Assembly (NCBI GenBank): GCA_964458155.1
Contig: CAYWGP010000125.1
Span: 8,264 to 72,263 of the forward strand
Length of the DNA: 64,000 nt
Direction of reading: 5' to 3'
Source of the DNA: an uncultured Bacteroides sp.
GTDB taxonomy: Bacteria; Bacteroidota; Bacteroidia; Bacteroidales; GCA-2748055
Shown: positions 9,644-20,077 of the stretch, piece after piece
Numbering within the stretch: position 1 is the first letter of the stretch
Layout of the letters: every line of letters begins with the position of its first letter
Notes under the pieces: generated by a model
Seen by the model: only the letters and a program-made list of their open reading frames with translations
What the model was told of the DNA's origin: nothing
The model's database searches: none
Position numbers and translations under genes: made by a program

Positions 9644-11628
9644 CCCTGCAGGCCCTGTATCAAAGCTTTCAGTTCAGCTGCTTTTTGCTCGATCTGAGCG
9701 ATCTCTTCTTTGATCCCGATAATAAACTTGTTTTTATCGGGGGTTCCCCTGACCGCTTCGAAATCCTGGTCCCGAATCCCTTCGTCACCGTCCAGTCCGA
9801 ATCCTATCTTGCTGCTGGCATCAAACTCTTTGGCTGCATCGCCCAGGATCATCTTATCCAGCTTGATGCTTTCACTTTCCCAGAGGCTGAGTAATCCAAG
9901 CAACTGATCGGCAGTGACCTGCTTTACATCCACGCCAAAGCGCTCAGCAAGTATCCGGGTGGTCCAGTTCCAGCTGTCATCTGCATAGGAGGAGTGTATC
10001 TCCATAAGGCCGGATGTTAGCTTCTCCAGGCTGTTTACCTTTCCCGAGCTGATCTCGCCCAGCAGTTTCTGAACAGCCTGCTCTGATGCGATCATTCCGC
10101 TCAGGTCCAGCCATTTTTCCACTTTGGATCCCTTGCCGGGAGCCAGGGCCTTTCGAAGGGAGTCCATGTCAGCATTTCCAGGGATATTTTCCAGCTTGCT
10201 GATAAGCTGGTTTCCCAGGAAAACATTCACAGCCATTTCATAGTACTTCCTGGTGGACTTCAGCATCAGCCGTTTGATCCGGATCCCCTTGTAAAATACG
10301 CTCTCCTGCTTCTTGGATGCCTTTTCGTAAAGCTCCTGGAGGATGTCCAGACTGCGGAAAACTCTCTCAATAATATAGGGACTGAGGAACTCGAAATTAA
10401 TCAGGTCATACTTAAGCGGATCCTTCCTCTTGTCCCGTTTGGGCCATTTTTCTCCATCCCTGCGGGTTCCCACCGTAAACAGATTCATGCCGGGAGTCAG
10501 GATGCTTTTCTCATTGTCCACATTGATGTAGGAGAAAGGAAAATCACTGGTGTCAAAACTTGCCAGGTTTTTTCCCATTACCACTGAGAAGGCTCCGATT
10601 CGACAGGGCCATAAGAGGTAGGCAAAGGATCCTGTTTTGGAACCCCGCTCCAGAATGCCCTGGTGAACCGGTCCGAGCTTGTACATGTGGTTGCTCTGAT
10701 TGGTACCGCTTCCCGCATTGTAGAAAGAGTACATTCCGGCTATGAGCAGCGAGGATTTGTGATGGGTGACCGTATAGGGTCCGCCAAATATACTGACTGC
10801 CTCTCCGTGGAAGGCCTCAGAATTAGCAAAGAAAAGAGAATTCTCGGCCGAGAACTGTTTTCCGATCTCAACCCCCTGGCCCACAAGACTCTTGTCCACC
10901 AGGGCGCCTCCATCTACTTTTGAGCCGGATAGCATGATGAAGTTTTTGGCAATCACATTTTCACCTACTTGAACCGGGGCCTCCCTGTTGGATGCAATGG
11001 TTCCGTTCTTCAAAAGGGATGCTCCGCAAATGCTTGCGTACGCTCCAATGTTGACTTCGCTAATAGTCCCGGTATTCAGAATCTCGGTACCGGTCCCGAT
11101 AACTCCGGTGCCTGAACTGTTTTTTTCGGCGTAGGCATCAATCATCCTGTCGATGGCATCAATAAGGGCGGGATCGTGCCGGTAGCTTACCAGAATATAG
11201 GCCAGCTGGGCCGAGAGTTTGTCGAAGATCTTCAGTTCCCTGCCTCCGCCTTCATTGAGCACTTCAATCTCAAATCCATTGCCAAATGACGAGGTTGTAT
11301 TTACCGCGATGGAATGAACCTGTTCAATAATCACAGAGTCCATAATCCTGTAGTTTTTCAGCAGTTGAACGTTGTCCAGAAGGACGTCGTTCCCAATCTC
11401 GCAATTCTCTATTTTGCAAGAGTAGAGACCTGATGTTTTACCTTCTCCCTTACCGGTCTTTATCACACCGCCAAGACTTCCCAGTTTTACCGCTCCCACA
11501 AAGCGCACATGGTGAATGGCGTCGGTGGAGAACGAGTCTGAGACAGCGATCCTGGACCAATCGGAAGAAAAACAGCCCTGGTTCTCAAGGGCTGTTATTT
11601 CTGAATTATCTAATGGACGGTAACTCAT
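9640..11628 (-). CDS. DUF4954 family protein (left-handed beta-helix-like)
   Basis: [25 protein letters not shown]-terminus, hexapeptide-like repeats, [37 protein letters not shown]; 662 aa, as I recall for the family. Confidence 0.88.
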   Translation of the reverse strand: MSYRPLDNSEITALENQGCFSSDWSRIAVSDSFSTDAIHHVRFVGAVKLGSLGGVIKTGKGEGKTSGLYSCKIENCEIGNDVLLDNVQLLKNYRIMDSVIIEQVHSIAVNTTSSFGNGFEIEVLNEGGGRELKIFDKLSAQLAYILVSYRHDPALIDAIDRMIDAYAEKNSSGTGVIGTGTEILNTGTISEVNIGAYASICGASLLKNGTIASNREAPVQVGENVIAKNFIMLSGSKVDGGALVDKSLVGQGVEIGKQFSAENSLFFANSEAFHGEAVSIFGGPYTVTHHKSSLLIAGMYSFYNAGSGTNQSNHMYKLGPVHQGILERGSKTGSFAYLLWPCRIGAFSVVMGKNLASFDTSDFPFSYINVDNEKSILTPGMNLFTVGTRRDGEKWPKRDKRKDPLKYDLINFEFLSPYIIERVFRSLDILQELYEKASKKQESVFYKGIRIKRLMLKSTRKYYEMAVNVFLGNQLISKLENIPGNADMDSLRKALAPGKGSKVEKWLDLSGMIASEQAVQKLLGEISSGKVNSLEKLTSGLMEIHSSYADDSWNWTTRILAERFGVDVKQVTADQLLGLLSLWESESIKLDKMILGDAAKEFDASSKIGFGLDGDEGIRDQDFEAVRGTPDKNKFIIGIKEEIAQIEQKAAELKALIQGLQG

Positions 11629-12443
11629 TCTTCGCTACGATTAGGAATTTTATCACCTGCAATCTCTTCAATATCCTTGAAGTATTTAACGGACTCAACC
11701 TGCAGCTCCATGGTGGCGGGTTCGTCCAGAGTAATTACAGCATGTTCGTGAAGCTGAAGCATAGAAACGGTCCACATATGACTTACCCCTCCTTCAATCA
11801 CCTCCCTTACAGCACGGGCTTTATTGAAACCGGTAATAATAATGACCACCTCCCTGGCATCCATCACAGTACCCACGCCAACAGTCAGCGCCTGGGTGGG
11901 AACCTTGGACATGTCGTTGTCGAAGAATCTGGAATTGGCCAGAATGGTATCATAACTCAGGGTTTTGACCCTGGTACGGCTTACCAGTGAGGATCCGGGC
12001 TCATTGAAGGCGATATGGCCATCGGGGCCAATCCCGCCCAGAAAAAGTTCAATTCCTCCATAGGAAAGAATTTTTTCTTCGTAGTCCCTGCAAACCTTCT
12101 GAAGATCCTTAGCATTCCCGTCCAGGATATTTATATTCTCCCTGGGGATATCTATGTGATTAAACAGGTTTTCGTACATGAATGCATGGTAGCTTTCGGG
12201 GTGGTCCTCCGGTATATTCACATACTCGTCCATGTTAAATGTTACTACATTTTTAAAGGAGATCTCACCTGCCTTATGCCTTCTTACCCACTCCTGGTAA
12301 ATTGGCAGGGGTGAAGAGCCGGTGGGCAGACCCATAACAAAAGGTTTATCGGCCGTTGGGCCAAAAGACTTTATCTTGTTCCAGATATAATCGGCCGTCC
12401 ATTTCCCTGTCTCCGTCTTGGTGTCTTTAATTACAATTCTCAT
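11625..12443 (-). CDS. nagB: Glucosamine-6-phosphate deaminase
   Basis: [41 protein letters not shown]; ATGA overlap with the DUF4954 start. Confidence 0.96.
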   Translation of the reverse strand: MRIVIKDTKTETGKWTADYIWNKIKSFGPTADKPFVMGLPTGSSPLPIYQEWVRRHKAGEISFKNVVTFNMDEYVNIPEDHPESYHAFMYENLFNHIDIPRENINILDGNAKDLQKVCRDYEEKILSYGGIELFLGGIGPDGHIAFNEPGSSLVSRTRVKTLSYDTILANSRFFDNDMSKVPTQALTVGVGTVMDAREVVIIITGFNKARAVREVIEGGVSHMWTVSMLQLHEHAVITLDEPATMELQVESVKYFKDIEEIAGDKIPNRSEE

Positions 12444-12471
12444 TTTCTTTGTTTTAGTTGTGGTGTATTTG

Positions 12472-14616
12472 TTATTCAGTTGTAGTTAATATCATTCTGG
12501 CATCGCCTAATACGCAACCCATGCCTTTATCCAGTACGAATAGCGGATTGATATCCAGCTCCTCGATTTCAGGAAAATCCACAGCCAGCTGGCCCAGCCT
12601 GAGCAGGGCATCGACAACGGAGTCCATATCTCTGGGATTCCTGCCCCTGGTTCCTTTCAGAATTTTATAGGCTTTGGTTTGTTCGAGCATATGCATGGCC
12701 TCATCCCGGCTGAGTGGTGCAACACCAAAACTTACATCCTTGAATACTTCAACGAAGATTCCCCCCAGGCCAAACAGCAAGACCGGTCCGAAGGATGGAT
12801 CTCTCTTAATTCCCAGGATAATTTCCTCGGCGCCTTTAAGCATTTTGATGACATAGAGGCCACTAATGGATGCATCGGGCATGGCCGATAGTGCATTACT
12901 GTGAATCCTTTCCCAGGCATCTTTCACCTCATCGGCACTCCCAAGATTCAGTTCCACTCCTTTTACATCGGATTTATGGATAATGTCGTCTGAAACAACT
13001 TTCATAACCACCGGGTAGCCGATTTCTTCTGCAATCTGCACGGCTTCTTCTACTGTGGATGCCAGTTTTCCCCGGGGGACAGGCAAACCATAGGTTTCAA
13101 GCACTTCAATGGTTTCAACCTCAGGAATATAGCTCCTTCCATTGACCTTCACCTTATCCATAAGTTTCCTGGCCAGCTCTCCCTGAATATTATCCAGGGC
13201 AGGTAACTGATGGATTTTTGATTTTACATTCTTATTAAAGTGATAAACTGCCTGATAGGAGTCGCACATGGATTCCGGAAGAATGTAATGCGGTATCTTA
13301 TGTCTCTGAAGTATATCAATACCGGAGGCCACATCCTTTTCACCCATAAAGGAGGTATAAATAGGCTTGGTCTGACCTTCGGCAATCCTGGCAACATCTG
13401 TTGCAATGGTATCAATATCGGTCATGGACTGGGGAGTCAGGATAACAAAGACCCCGGACACATCCTGATCATCGAAGGCGGCCTGGATGGCTGCCAGGTA
13501 GCGGTCCGAGCGTGCATCCCCGATCACATCCACCGGGTTATTGATGTTTGCGGTGGCTGGAAGAGCTTTCTTTAGAATGGCGGTGGTCTCATCCGAAAAC
13601 TTTGCCAGTTTCAGTCCCGCTGCAATCGCAGCATCGGTGGTCAGTACTCCTGGTCCCCCGGCATTTGTGATAATGGCGACTTTCTCGGATTTGGGCGGGG
13701 GCTGATATGCAAAGGCCCGGGCCCGGTTAAACATCTCTTCGATGTTATCGCAGCGAATAATCCCGGCCTGCTCAAAGCCTGCATCACAGATCTCATCTTT
13801 ACCCGTGAGGGATCCGGTATGAGATGCTGCGGCTGAGGCTCCTTCATCAGTACGTCCGGATTTAATAATCAGAATGGGCTTTCCGCTTTTTTCGATTACT
13901 TCTCGGGCAGCATCCATAAGGGCTTTCCCGTCGCTAACTTCTTCCAGATACATCAGAATCACTTTTGTCTCCTCATCATTCATAAGATAGAACAGGAGGT
14001 CGATTTCACTGATATCTGCTTTGTTTCCGAAAGAGATAAATTTGGAAAAGCCGATGTGCTTGGCACTGGCATAGTCCAGTACAGCTGTGCACAGGGCTCC
14101 GCTCTGGGAAAGGAAGCCAATGTTTCCGGACTCGGGCATCTCCCTGGCAAAGGAGGCGTCTAGCATGGTCTCAGAAGCGGTATTGATTACCCCGAGGCAG
14201 TTAGGACCAATAAATGACATGTCATATTTCCTGGCGATCTCAATTAGTTGTTCCTCTCTCTTCAATCCGGCTTCACCTACTTCCTTGTATCCTGCGGAAA
14301 TAATAATCACCGATTTAATGCCCTTCTGTCCGCATTGCTCCAGGGCCATATGGCAGACGGAGCTTGGAAACACAAGAATTGCAAGGTCAATATCGTCCGG
14401 AACATCCACCACGTACTTATAGGCTTTGATTCCTTTTATACTCTTTTCTCTCGGGCTAACAGGGTAGACAACACCGTTGAAATCGGCTTTCAGGATATTG
14501 TCGAGGATGTCGTGAGGAACCGTTCCTTTAACTTTGTTGGTTCCAACAATGGCAACAGATTTTGGATTAAAAATCGTCTCCAGGTTTACCTGGCGCAGTT
14601 GTCTTAAGTTTTCCAT
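12472..14616 (-). CDS. Acetate/acyl-CoA ligase (ADP-forming), fused alpha-beta type
   Basis: CoA-binding N-terminus (PKSVAIVG), [20 protein letters not shown] (phospho-His), [22 protein letters not shown]-grasp [23 protein letters not shown]. No GNAT domain. Confidence 0.92.
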   Translation of the reverse strand: MENLRQLRQVNLETIFNPKSVAIVGTNKVKGTVPHDILDNILKADFNGVVYPVSPREKSIKGIKAYKYVVDVPDDIDLAILVFPSSVCHMALEQCGQKGIKSVIIISAGYKEVGEAGLKREEQLIEIARKYDMSFIGPNCLGVINTASETMLDASFAREMPESGNIGFLSQSGALCTAVLDYASAKHIGFSKFISFGNKADISEIDLLFYLMNDEETKVILMYLEEVSDGKALMDAAREVIEKSGKPILIIKSGRTDEGASAAASHTGSLTGKDEICDAGFEQAGIIRCDNIEEMFNRARAFAYQPPPKSEKVAIITNAGGPGVLTTDAAIAAGLKLAKFSDETTAILKKALPATANINNPVDVIGDARSDRYLAAIQAAFDDQDVSGVFVILTPQSMTDIDTIATDVARIAEGQTKPIYTSFMGEKDVASGIDILQRHKIPHYILPESMCDSYQAVYHFNKNVKSKIHQLPALDNIQGELARKLMDKVKVNGRSYIPEVETIEVLETYGLPVPRGKLASTVEEAVQIAEEIGYPVVMKVVSDDIIHKSDVKGVELNLGSADEVKDAWERIHSNALSAMPDASISGLYVIKMLKGAEEIILGIKRDPSFGPVLLFGLGGIFVEVFKDVSFGVAPLSRDEAMHMLEQTKAYKILKGTRGRNPRDMDSVVDALLRLGQLAVDFPEIEELDINPLFVLDKGMGCVLGDARMILTTTE

Positions 14617-14652
14617 AAGGCTTTTGTAGGAGTTGGAGTATGTGTCCGTCTC

Positions 14653-14892
14653 TTAAAGGTATCCTGCTATGAAATTTACCGCGTCGTCAATGGTCTGCAC
14701 CTCCAGTGCTCCGTCCTGATCCATTTCGATATCAAATTCCTCTTCAAACCCGGCTACCAGTTCCACGCTTTGCATGGAGTCTGCTCCCAGGTCGAAAATA
14801 AAATTTGAATCATCAGTAATTTCACTGTTATCAACTTTAAGCACAGCACTCACCACATCCTTGACGCGAGTCAAGATCTCATTTTTTTCCAT
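14653..14892 (-). CDS. acpP: Acyl carrier protein
   Basis: 79 aa, acidic; DLGADSMQSVELVAGFEEEFDIE contains the phosphopantetheine Ser motif. Confidence 0.88.
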   Translation of the reverse strand: MEKNEILTRVKDVVSAVLKVDNSEITDDSNFIFDLGADSMQSVELVAGFEEEFDIEMDQDGALEVQTIDDAVNFIAGYL

Positions 14893-14932
14893 TTCGAGAA
14901 GATTTTAGTAAGCCGAAAAGATAGGAAATCTT

Positions 14933-15718
14933 TTAGTCCTTACCAACAGACAAATCCAGTAATTCAACTTTTCTGAAGTCATAGGGATGACTCTCGGCCT
15001 GAAGGGCGATATATCCCGATGGAATATTGGTACCTGCCGGATAGGGATAGCCTTCCGGAATGGAACCTCCGCCCACCTGGGGCTTTTCATAGCTCAGCAC
15101 GGTATCGCCATTAACCAGGTGGTGGATAATACTGTCGCCATATACAACAAGTTCAAAAAGTACCCACTCTTCCCCGTCATAGGTGTCGGAGCTGGAATTA
15201 ATACAATGCTGGGTTATGAGCTCGCCATACATGACCACATTGGTTCCCGGGGTACAGAGGTTGCCTGTGGACCGGGGTCCGTCTCCGAGTCCCCCGAGAA
15301 ACTGGGCCTCAATACTTACCGGAAACTCCTGGTCCGGCAGCATGGTTTCGGGTGCCTGGGCATGGAACATCACACCACTGTTTTTAATGGCCCAGCCAGC
15401 TCCGCCGCTTACCTGTTCACCCACCACACGGTACTCTACCCTGAGCTTGTAGTGGGAATAGGGATTTTTATAGAAGATATGTCCATACTCCCCATCAAAT
15501 TTTTCATACTGGTCGTATCGGGTCACCATCATTCCGTTTTCCACCCGGAAGGTCTTATTGAAATTTTCGCCCATGGGGTGTTTGCACATTTTTATGGTCC
15601 ATCCTTCCAGGTCCTTTCCATTGAAAAGCTGAATCCATTCCCGGGATTCTTTTTTTGGATTTTGCGTGCAGGATGAAACAAGTACAAGGAGGATTGGGAG
15701 TAAAAAGATTTTTTTCAT
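14933..15718 (-). CDS. DUF1080 / 3-keto-disaccharide hydrolase family lipoprotein
   Basis: Lipobox SSC; WIQLFNGKDLEGW, NSGVMFH, SIEAQFLGG, GYIALQAESHPYDFRKVEL. Confidence 0.88.
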   Translation of the reverse strand: MKKIFLLPILLVLVSSCTQNPKKESREWIQLFNGKDLEGWTIKMCKHPMGENFNKTFRVENGMMVTRYDQYEKFDGEYGHIFYKNPYSHYKLRVEYRVVGEQVSGGAGWAIKNSGVMFHAQAPETMLPDQEFPVSIEAQFLGGLGDGPRSTGNLCTPGTNVVMYGELITQHCINSSSDTYDGEEWVLFELVVYGDSIIHHLVNGDTVLSYEKPQVGGGSIPEGYPYPAGTNIPSGYIALQAESHPYDFRKVELLDLSVGKD

Positions 15719-15735
15719 GTCGGGTAAGCTTATGA

Positions 15736-15989
15736 TTAGTTTAATTTAGATTCGAGGGTTTGCATCAGGTCATTATTCAATGAATCCAGTGTATTTACGA
15801 ACTCTGTTTTCTGTCTTACCAGTACAAAACACACTGTACTACGGATTCATAAGTGGCATTTTCCAGATTTCTATCTGCGCTATCTTCCCTGAAATTATCA
15901 AAAAGGAATCCGGCGGTCACATCAATAAATACTGCTATAAGCTCCAGGGTCAACCAAAGCCAGCCTGATTTTGGCCTTCGATTTTTCAT
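15736..15989 (-). pseudogene. Internally deleted, frameshifted DUF6090-like membrane protein gene
   Basis: ATG 15989 gives MKNRRPKSGWLWLTLELIAVFIDVTAGFLFDNFREDSADRNLE-NATYESVVQCVLYW* (57 aa, stop 15816-15818). Another frame continues CFVLVRQKTEFVNTLDSLNNDLMQTLESKLN* (stop 15736-15738). The N-terminus resembles the DUF6090 E-x-x-x-V-x-I-G-V..N.RE..LE pattern. Confidence 0.55.
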
Positions 15990-16024
15990 GCTTATAAATG
16001 TAAGAAATGTTTGGAATCAGGGAA

Positions 16025-17023
16025 TCATTCTGATGTGGCCAGGATTAATTTTTTGAATTGCCGGAAGCTTATTAGCTGGCCCGCCTTCTCATTCCAGAGA
16101 CGCAGGGACAGGGTACGGAGACTGGGGACAAAGGTGACAGGTTTGATGGTCCCAAACATCTGGTTTTCATTATGACATTTTTCCAGCTTGTAATTGGGTA
16201 TTTTAGGACTGAGATGGTGAATATGATGGTATCCAATATTCCCCGAAAACCATTGAAGCAACCTGGGGAACTTCATAAATGAGCTTCCTTCCAGGGCCAT
16301 TTTTTTGTAATCCCAATCCTCCTGTCGGGTCCAGATCACATCTTCATACTGGTGTTGCACGTAAAAGAGCCACACACCGGCCACCGTGGCTATATAGATG
16401 ACCGGAAGCTGGATCATGAGAAATGCTTTCCAGCCCATCAGCAGAATGAGAGGAACACAGACAATCAGAATAATAAGGTTGGTTACAAAAATGCTTCTGA
16501 CCTGGGATTTTCCTAAACTTTTTCGCGGAAAACGGAACCAGATCACAAAGAGAATAAAGGGTGCAATAACAAAAAGAATGATTGGATTCCTGTAGAGGCG
16601 GTAATAGAGCTTTTTTCCAGCAGAGAGTTGTTCATATTCCTCGACAGTCAGGGTTTTTACATCTCCACTGCCTCTTTTATCCAGGTTGCCAACGGTCTTA
16701 TGATGGATTGCGTGTTCATGGTGCCAGTAGTCATAGGGCGTAAATACCAGGCTGCCAAGTATGCTGCCAACGATCCGGTTGGCCCTGCTGCTGCGGAAAA
16801 AAGATCCGTGTCCGCAGTCATGAAAAATAATAAATATACGCACCAGAAAACCTGCAGCCAGGACAGCCAGTCCCAGGGTAAGCAGGTAAGATATGTCCAG
16901 GACGTAATACATGGCAACCCAGAGCAGGATATAAGGCCCCAGGGAATTAATAATTTGCCAGATGCTACTTTTCACATCAGGCGTGTTGTAATTGCTGATT
17001 ACCTCTATCCATGTCCGGTCCAT
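16025..17023 (-). CDS. Membrane fatty acid desaturase (acyl-lipid, Bacillus Des-like)
   Basis: Three His boxes HDCGH, WHHEHAIHH and HHIHH plus FYVQHQ; ATG 17023 is preferred over 17059. Confidence 0.92.
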   Translation of the reverse strand: MDRTWIEVISNYNTPDVKSSIWQIINSLGPYILLWVAMYYVLDISYLLTLGLAVLAAGFLVRIFIIFHDCGHGSFFRSSRANRIVGSILGSLVFTPYDYWHHEHAIHHKTVGNLDKRGSGDVKTLTVEEYEQLSAGKKLYYRLYRNPIILFVIAPFILFVIWFRFPRKSLGKSQVRSIFVTNLIILIVCVPLILLMGWKAFLMIQLPVIYIATVAGVWLFYVQHQYEDVIWTRQEDWDYKKMALEGSSFMKFPRLLQWFSGNIGYHHIHHLSPKIPNYKLEKCHNENQMFGTIKPVTFVPSLRTLSLRLWNEKAGQLISFRQFKKLILATSE

Positions 17024-17138
17024 ACCCTGCTTCTCTCCCTGTATAATAAAACAAATCAAACTAATAAAAAGTTCTCTCCCCTGTTTTTAGAAAGAAACTA
17101 TAATTCATTTTACTACTTTCATAGGGATATCTTGATTT

Positions 17139-18521
17139 ATGCGACCGCTGGTATTCATATTTGCTTTCCTGCTGGCTTCCCTCCTTGATCTGCAAGGCCA
17201 ATCCTGGTTAATCCAGGGCACCATTGAGAATGCCGGGGAGGGACCGGTACTTCTGGCTTCCTTTTACCTCGACCGGTTCCAGGTGGTCGACAGCATGGAT
17301 ACGAGCTCCGGATTTTTCTATTTCATGCTTTCCGGGAAAGACCCTGCTGGAGTATACAGGATTATCTATTCTGATAGAGTGGACAGTATCAGGATGCAGA
17401 ACCGTTACGTTGAGTTTATCTTCAACAGGGAGAATCTGGAACTATTAATCTCCTCTACGGACATGGGACCTATACTGTATTTTGAGAATTCACCTGAGAA
17501 CCAGGTGTACAGGGAGTTTATGGAGTTTGAAATGGCTTATGAATCACAGTTGATGTCGCTTTACCCCCGGCTGGAACCTGTGCAGGGGGATGATGAACAG
17601 GATGTGGTGAAAGTTTATAACAGGATTCAGAGTGAACGGGAGAGCTTCATGGATTCTATTTCACAGCTCTACCCCGATCTTTATGCTGTACGTATCATGA
17701 ACGCTTTCAGGGCTCCGCGGATTCCGGGTGAACTATCACATCTCCAGCGCATCGATACCCTGAAAACATGCTTTTTTGATGCGGCTGCTATCGACGATCC
17801 TGAATTGCTCCATGCACCTGCCTATACCTATAAACTGATCGATTATCTTTCACTTTACCAGGATTCTGGCCTGACAAAAGAGGAGCAGGAACAGGCCTTT
17901 GCAGATGCGGTGGATCACATCATGGTGAATGTTTCCAGGGATGAAGAGCTTCACAGCTTCGTGGTGGAGTTTTTACTGGACGGATTTGAGATGCTTGATA
18001 TGGAAGCTGTACAGATACACATTGCTGATAATTACCTGGATGAGACCTGTGAGTCTGATATTGTGGAGCTGGTACTCTCCAGGATGGAAGGCTATAAGCG
18101 TATGACTCCCGGAAAGGAGGCCCCTGACTTTGTGATTCGGGACCTGGAGGGAAAAAACCACCGGCTTTCATCCCTGGGAAATAAGTATGTGCTTGTCCTG
18201 TTCTGGTCGAGCACCTGCGAAGCATGCTTCGATCTCATGCCTGAGCTGAATGACTGGTATCTTGCAGACAACAACTATGATCTGGAAGTGGTGGCCATCT
18301 CCATTGATACCTCTCTTGTAAATTTCGAGAACAGTGTAAAATTCCTGCAGCCTCAGTGGATTACTGCCCGTGATCCTCAAGGCTGGCAAGGGAAGCTTTG
18401 CTCCGATTATCACATTTATGCTACTCCCTCTCTTTTCCTGCTGGACAGAGAGCGGACCATCCTGGCACGCCCTGTCAGTTTCAGGCAGTTTCTGAGGGCT
18501 CTTAAAAAACTGGAAGATTAA
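17139..18521 (+). CDS. TlpA/redoxin-family thioredoxin-like protein with N-terminal DUF5106/DUF4369-like region
   Basis: Signal peptide; C-terminal APDFVIRDLEG..FWSSTCEAC (CxxC)..VAISID..YHIYATPSLFLLD. Confidence 0.85.
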   Translation: MRPLVFIFAFLLASLLDLQGQSWLIQGTIENAGEGPVLLASFYLDRFQVVDSMDTSSGFFYFMLSGKDPAGVYRIIYSDRVDSIRMQNRYVEFIFNRENLELLISSTDMGPILYFENSPENQVYREFMEFEMAYESQLMSLYPRLEPVQGDDEQDVVKVYNRIQSERESFMDSISQLYPDLYAVRIMNAFRAPRIPGELSHLQRIDTLKTCFFDAAAIDDPELLHAPAYTYKLIDYLSLYQDSGLTKEEQEQAFADAVDHIMVNVSRDEELHSFVVEFLLDGFEMLDMEAVQIHIADNYLDETCESDIVELVLSRMEGYKRMTPGKEAPDFVIRDLEGKNHRLSSLGNKYVLVLFWSSTCEACFDLMPELNDWYLADNNYDLEVVAISIDTSLVNFENSVKFLQPQWITARDPQGWQGKLCSDYHIYATPSLFLLDRERTILARPVSFRQFLRALKKLED

Positions 18522-20077
18522 TCATTCTGACTCCGGATGAACCGGCCAGCGCTCCCCTGCCAGGTTTCCTCCCAGTCCTGGTAAAGCTTTGGGGTGGGGT
18601 AGCTCCCGAACCAGATGGGCAGACCCCTTTCTCTGAAGTGGGGATGTTCCACTCTTCCCACCAGCTGGACGTCCAGGAAGTACTCAGGAACGCGGTCCGT
18701 ATAGCCCACATAGATCATATGTTCCAGTTCGGGTTTCCTGGGAATCCACTCCATGAAAGCATCATTGAAACTGAATGCCTCCGGATAGCTCTTATCCGGA
18801 CGGTAGTAATCCATGGCTCCCGCGCAGCCATAGAACTCCCCGTAGACAAGGGTAGATATTTTGACAGAGTCGGGCAGAGTGTCATAGAAGATCCAGACTT
18901 TGTGTCCCAGCTCATCCCAGCCCACCATATCGGCAAAGTCCTGGGGCAGCTCATGAATTTCCCCGTCTTCCCACATAAACATCACTCCAAGTCCAAGTTC
19001 TTCCATTTTTTTCCCGTACTCCACCAGGCGCTCCGGTTTGTAGATTGGCAGACTGAGAGGAAGTGAGAAGATGCCGTTGCTGATCATAAGGGCCAGGATC
19101 ACCCAGGCGATCCAGCGCCGGGGCCGGGCCGACCATTGCTCCCAGGCTATGCCGCCAAAGACCATCAGCATGGTATAGGCTGCAATGGTATAATAGAACT
19201 TGCCCTTGAGCAGGATGATCAGCAGCAGCGTAATCCCGAAGGCCCAGGCAAAAATCCTGAATTGGCGGTGTTTCTTATTGAAGATAAGCCAGATCAAACC
19301 ACCCATCCAGACCGGGAGGGCCGGGAGGTGCATAAAAAGCTGGGCCATAAGGAAATCCTTTAGCTGCATATTGCCCAGCTGGGTATCGGCCAGTTCGCTC
19401 ATATGGGAGATCACCGGCCAGTTATGAGCATGTTGCCAGAGCAGGTTGGGCAGGATCAGTAGCAATCCGCCTGCCAGTGTCCAGGGCAGGTACTTTGACC
19501 AGAGTAATTTCCGGTGCGGACTGAACAGCAGAGCCGCCAGGAGGGCCGAGGCATAGATGATAATGGAATACTTGGCCAGCCAGCCCAGTGCCAGCACCGG
19601 AATCAGCCAGAGAAGCTTTCGTGGTTCCTGTGAGCGAATCAGCTGGAAAACCACCACAGCGCACAATAGCCAGAAGAGGTGGTTGAAGACAGTTGGTTGC
19701 AGCAGGGAAGCGGTTCTGAGAAAGGCGGGAGAGAGGAAGATGGCAGTGAGCCCGATGACCTGGGCCATGACTCCTCCTTTCAACTGTTTGATCAGCCATC
19801 CGGCCATAAAGAGCGAGGCGACCCCGATCAGAGCCGGCAACAATCTTACCGCAAGCAGGCTGTCGCCCCATAGCATGGTATGCAGTCGGGTCACAAATGC
19901 CACCAGGGGAGGGGTGCTGAAGTAGCCCCAGGCCAGGTGCTTTGACTGGGCCATATAAAGGTAGGCATCGCGCTGAAAGCCATAGTTGGTGGCTGTTAGC
20001 AGGTGTGCAATAAGCTTGCCCAGGGCAAAAAGCAGGACAATCCGGTATTCGCTTATCCAGGATTTAATTCTTTCCAT
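18518..20077 (-). CDS. GT-C fold glycosyltransferase (GT39/ArnT-PMT-like)
   Basis: YGFQRDAYLY..HLAWGYFSTPPL, AKYSII, LPNLLWQ, many TM helices. Confidence 0.85.
   Translation of the reverse strand: MERIKSWISEYRIVLLFALGKLIAHLLTATNYGFQRDAYLYMAQSKHLAWGYFSTPPLVAFVTRLHTMLWGDSLLAVRLLPALIGVASLFMAGWLIKQLKGGVMAQVIGLTAIFLSPAFLRTASLLQPTVFNHLFWLLCAVVVFQLIRSQEPRKLLWLIPVLALGWLAKYSIIIYASALLAALLFSPHRKLLWSKYLPWTLAGGLLLILPNLLWQHAHNWPVISHMSELADTQLGNMQLKDFLMAQLFMHLPALPVWMGGLIWLIFNKKHRQFRIFAWAFGITLLLIILLKGKFYYTIAAYTMLMVFGGIAWEQWSARPRRWIAWVILALMISNGIFSLPLSLPIYKPERLVEYGKKMEELGLGVMFMWEDGEIHELPQDFADMVGWDELGHKVWIFYDTLPDSVKISTLVYGEFYGCAGAMDYYRPDKSYPEAFSFNDAFMEWIPRKPELEHMIYVGYTDRVPEYFLDVQLVGRVEHPHFRERGLPIWFGSYPTPKLYQDWEETWQGSAGRFIRSQND

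Noticed and set aside
12472-14616. Protein lysine acetyltransferase (Pat/PatZ)
   Set aside because: No GNAT domain, and the catalytic His (SHTG) is retained, consistent with a true ADP-forming ligase.
15780-16056. Two short plus-strand ORFs (62 and 67 aa)
   Set aside because: Antisense to the DUF6090-like remnant; no family signal.
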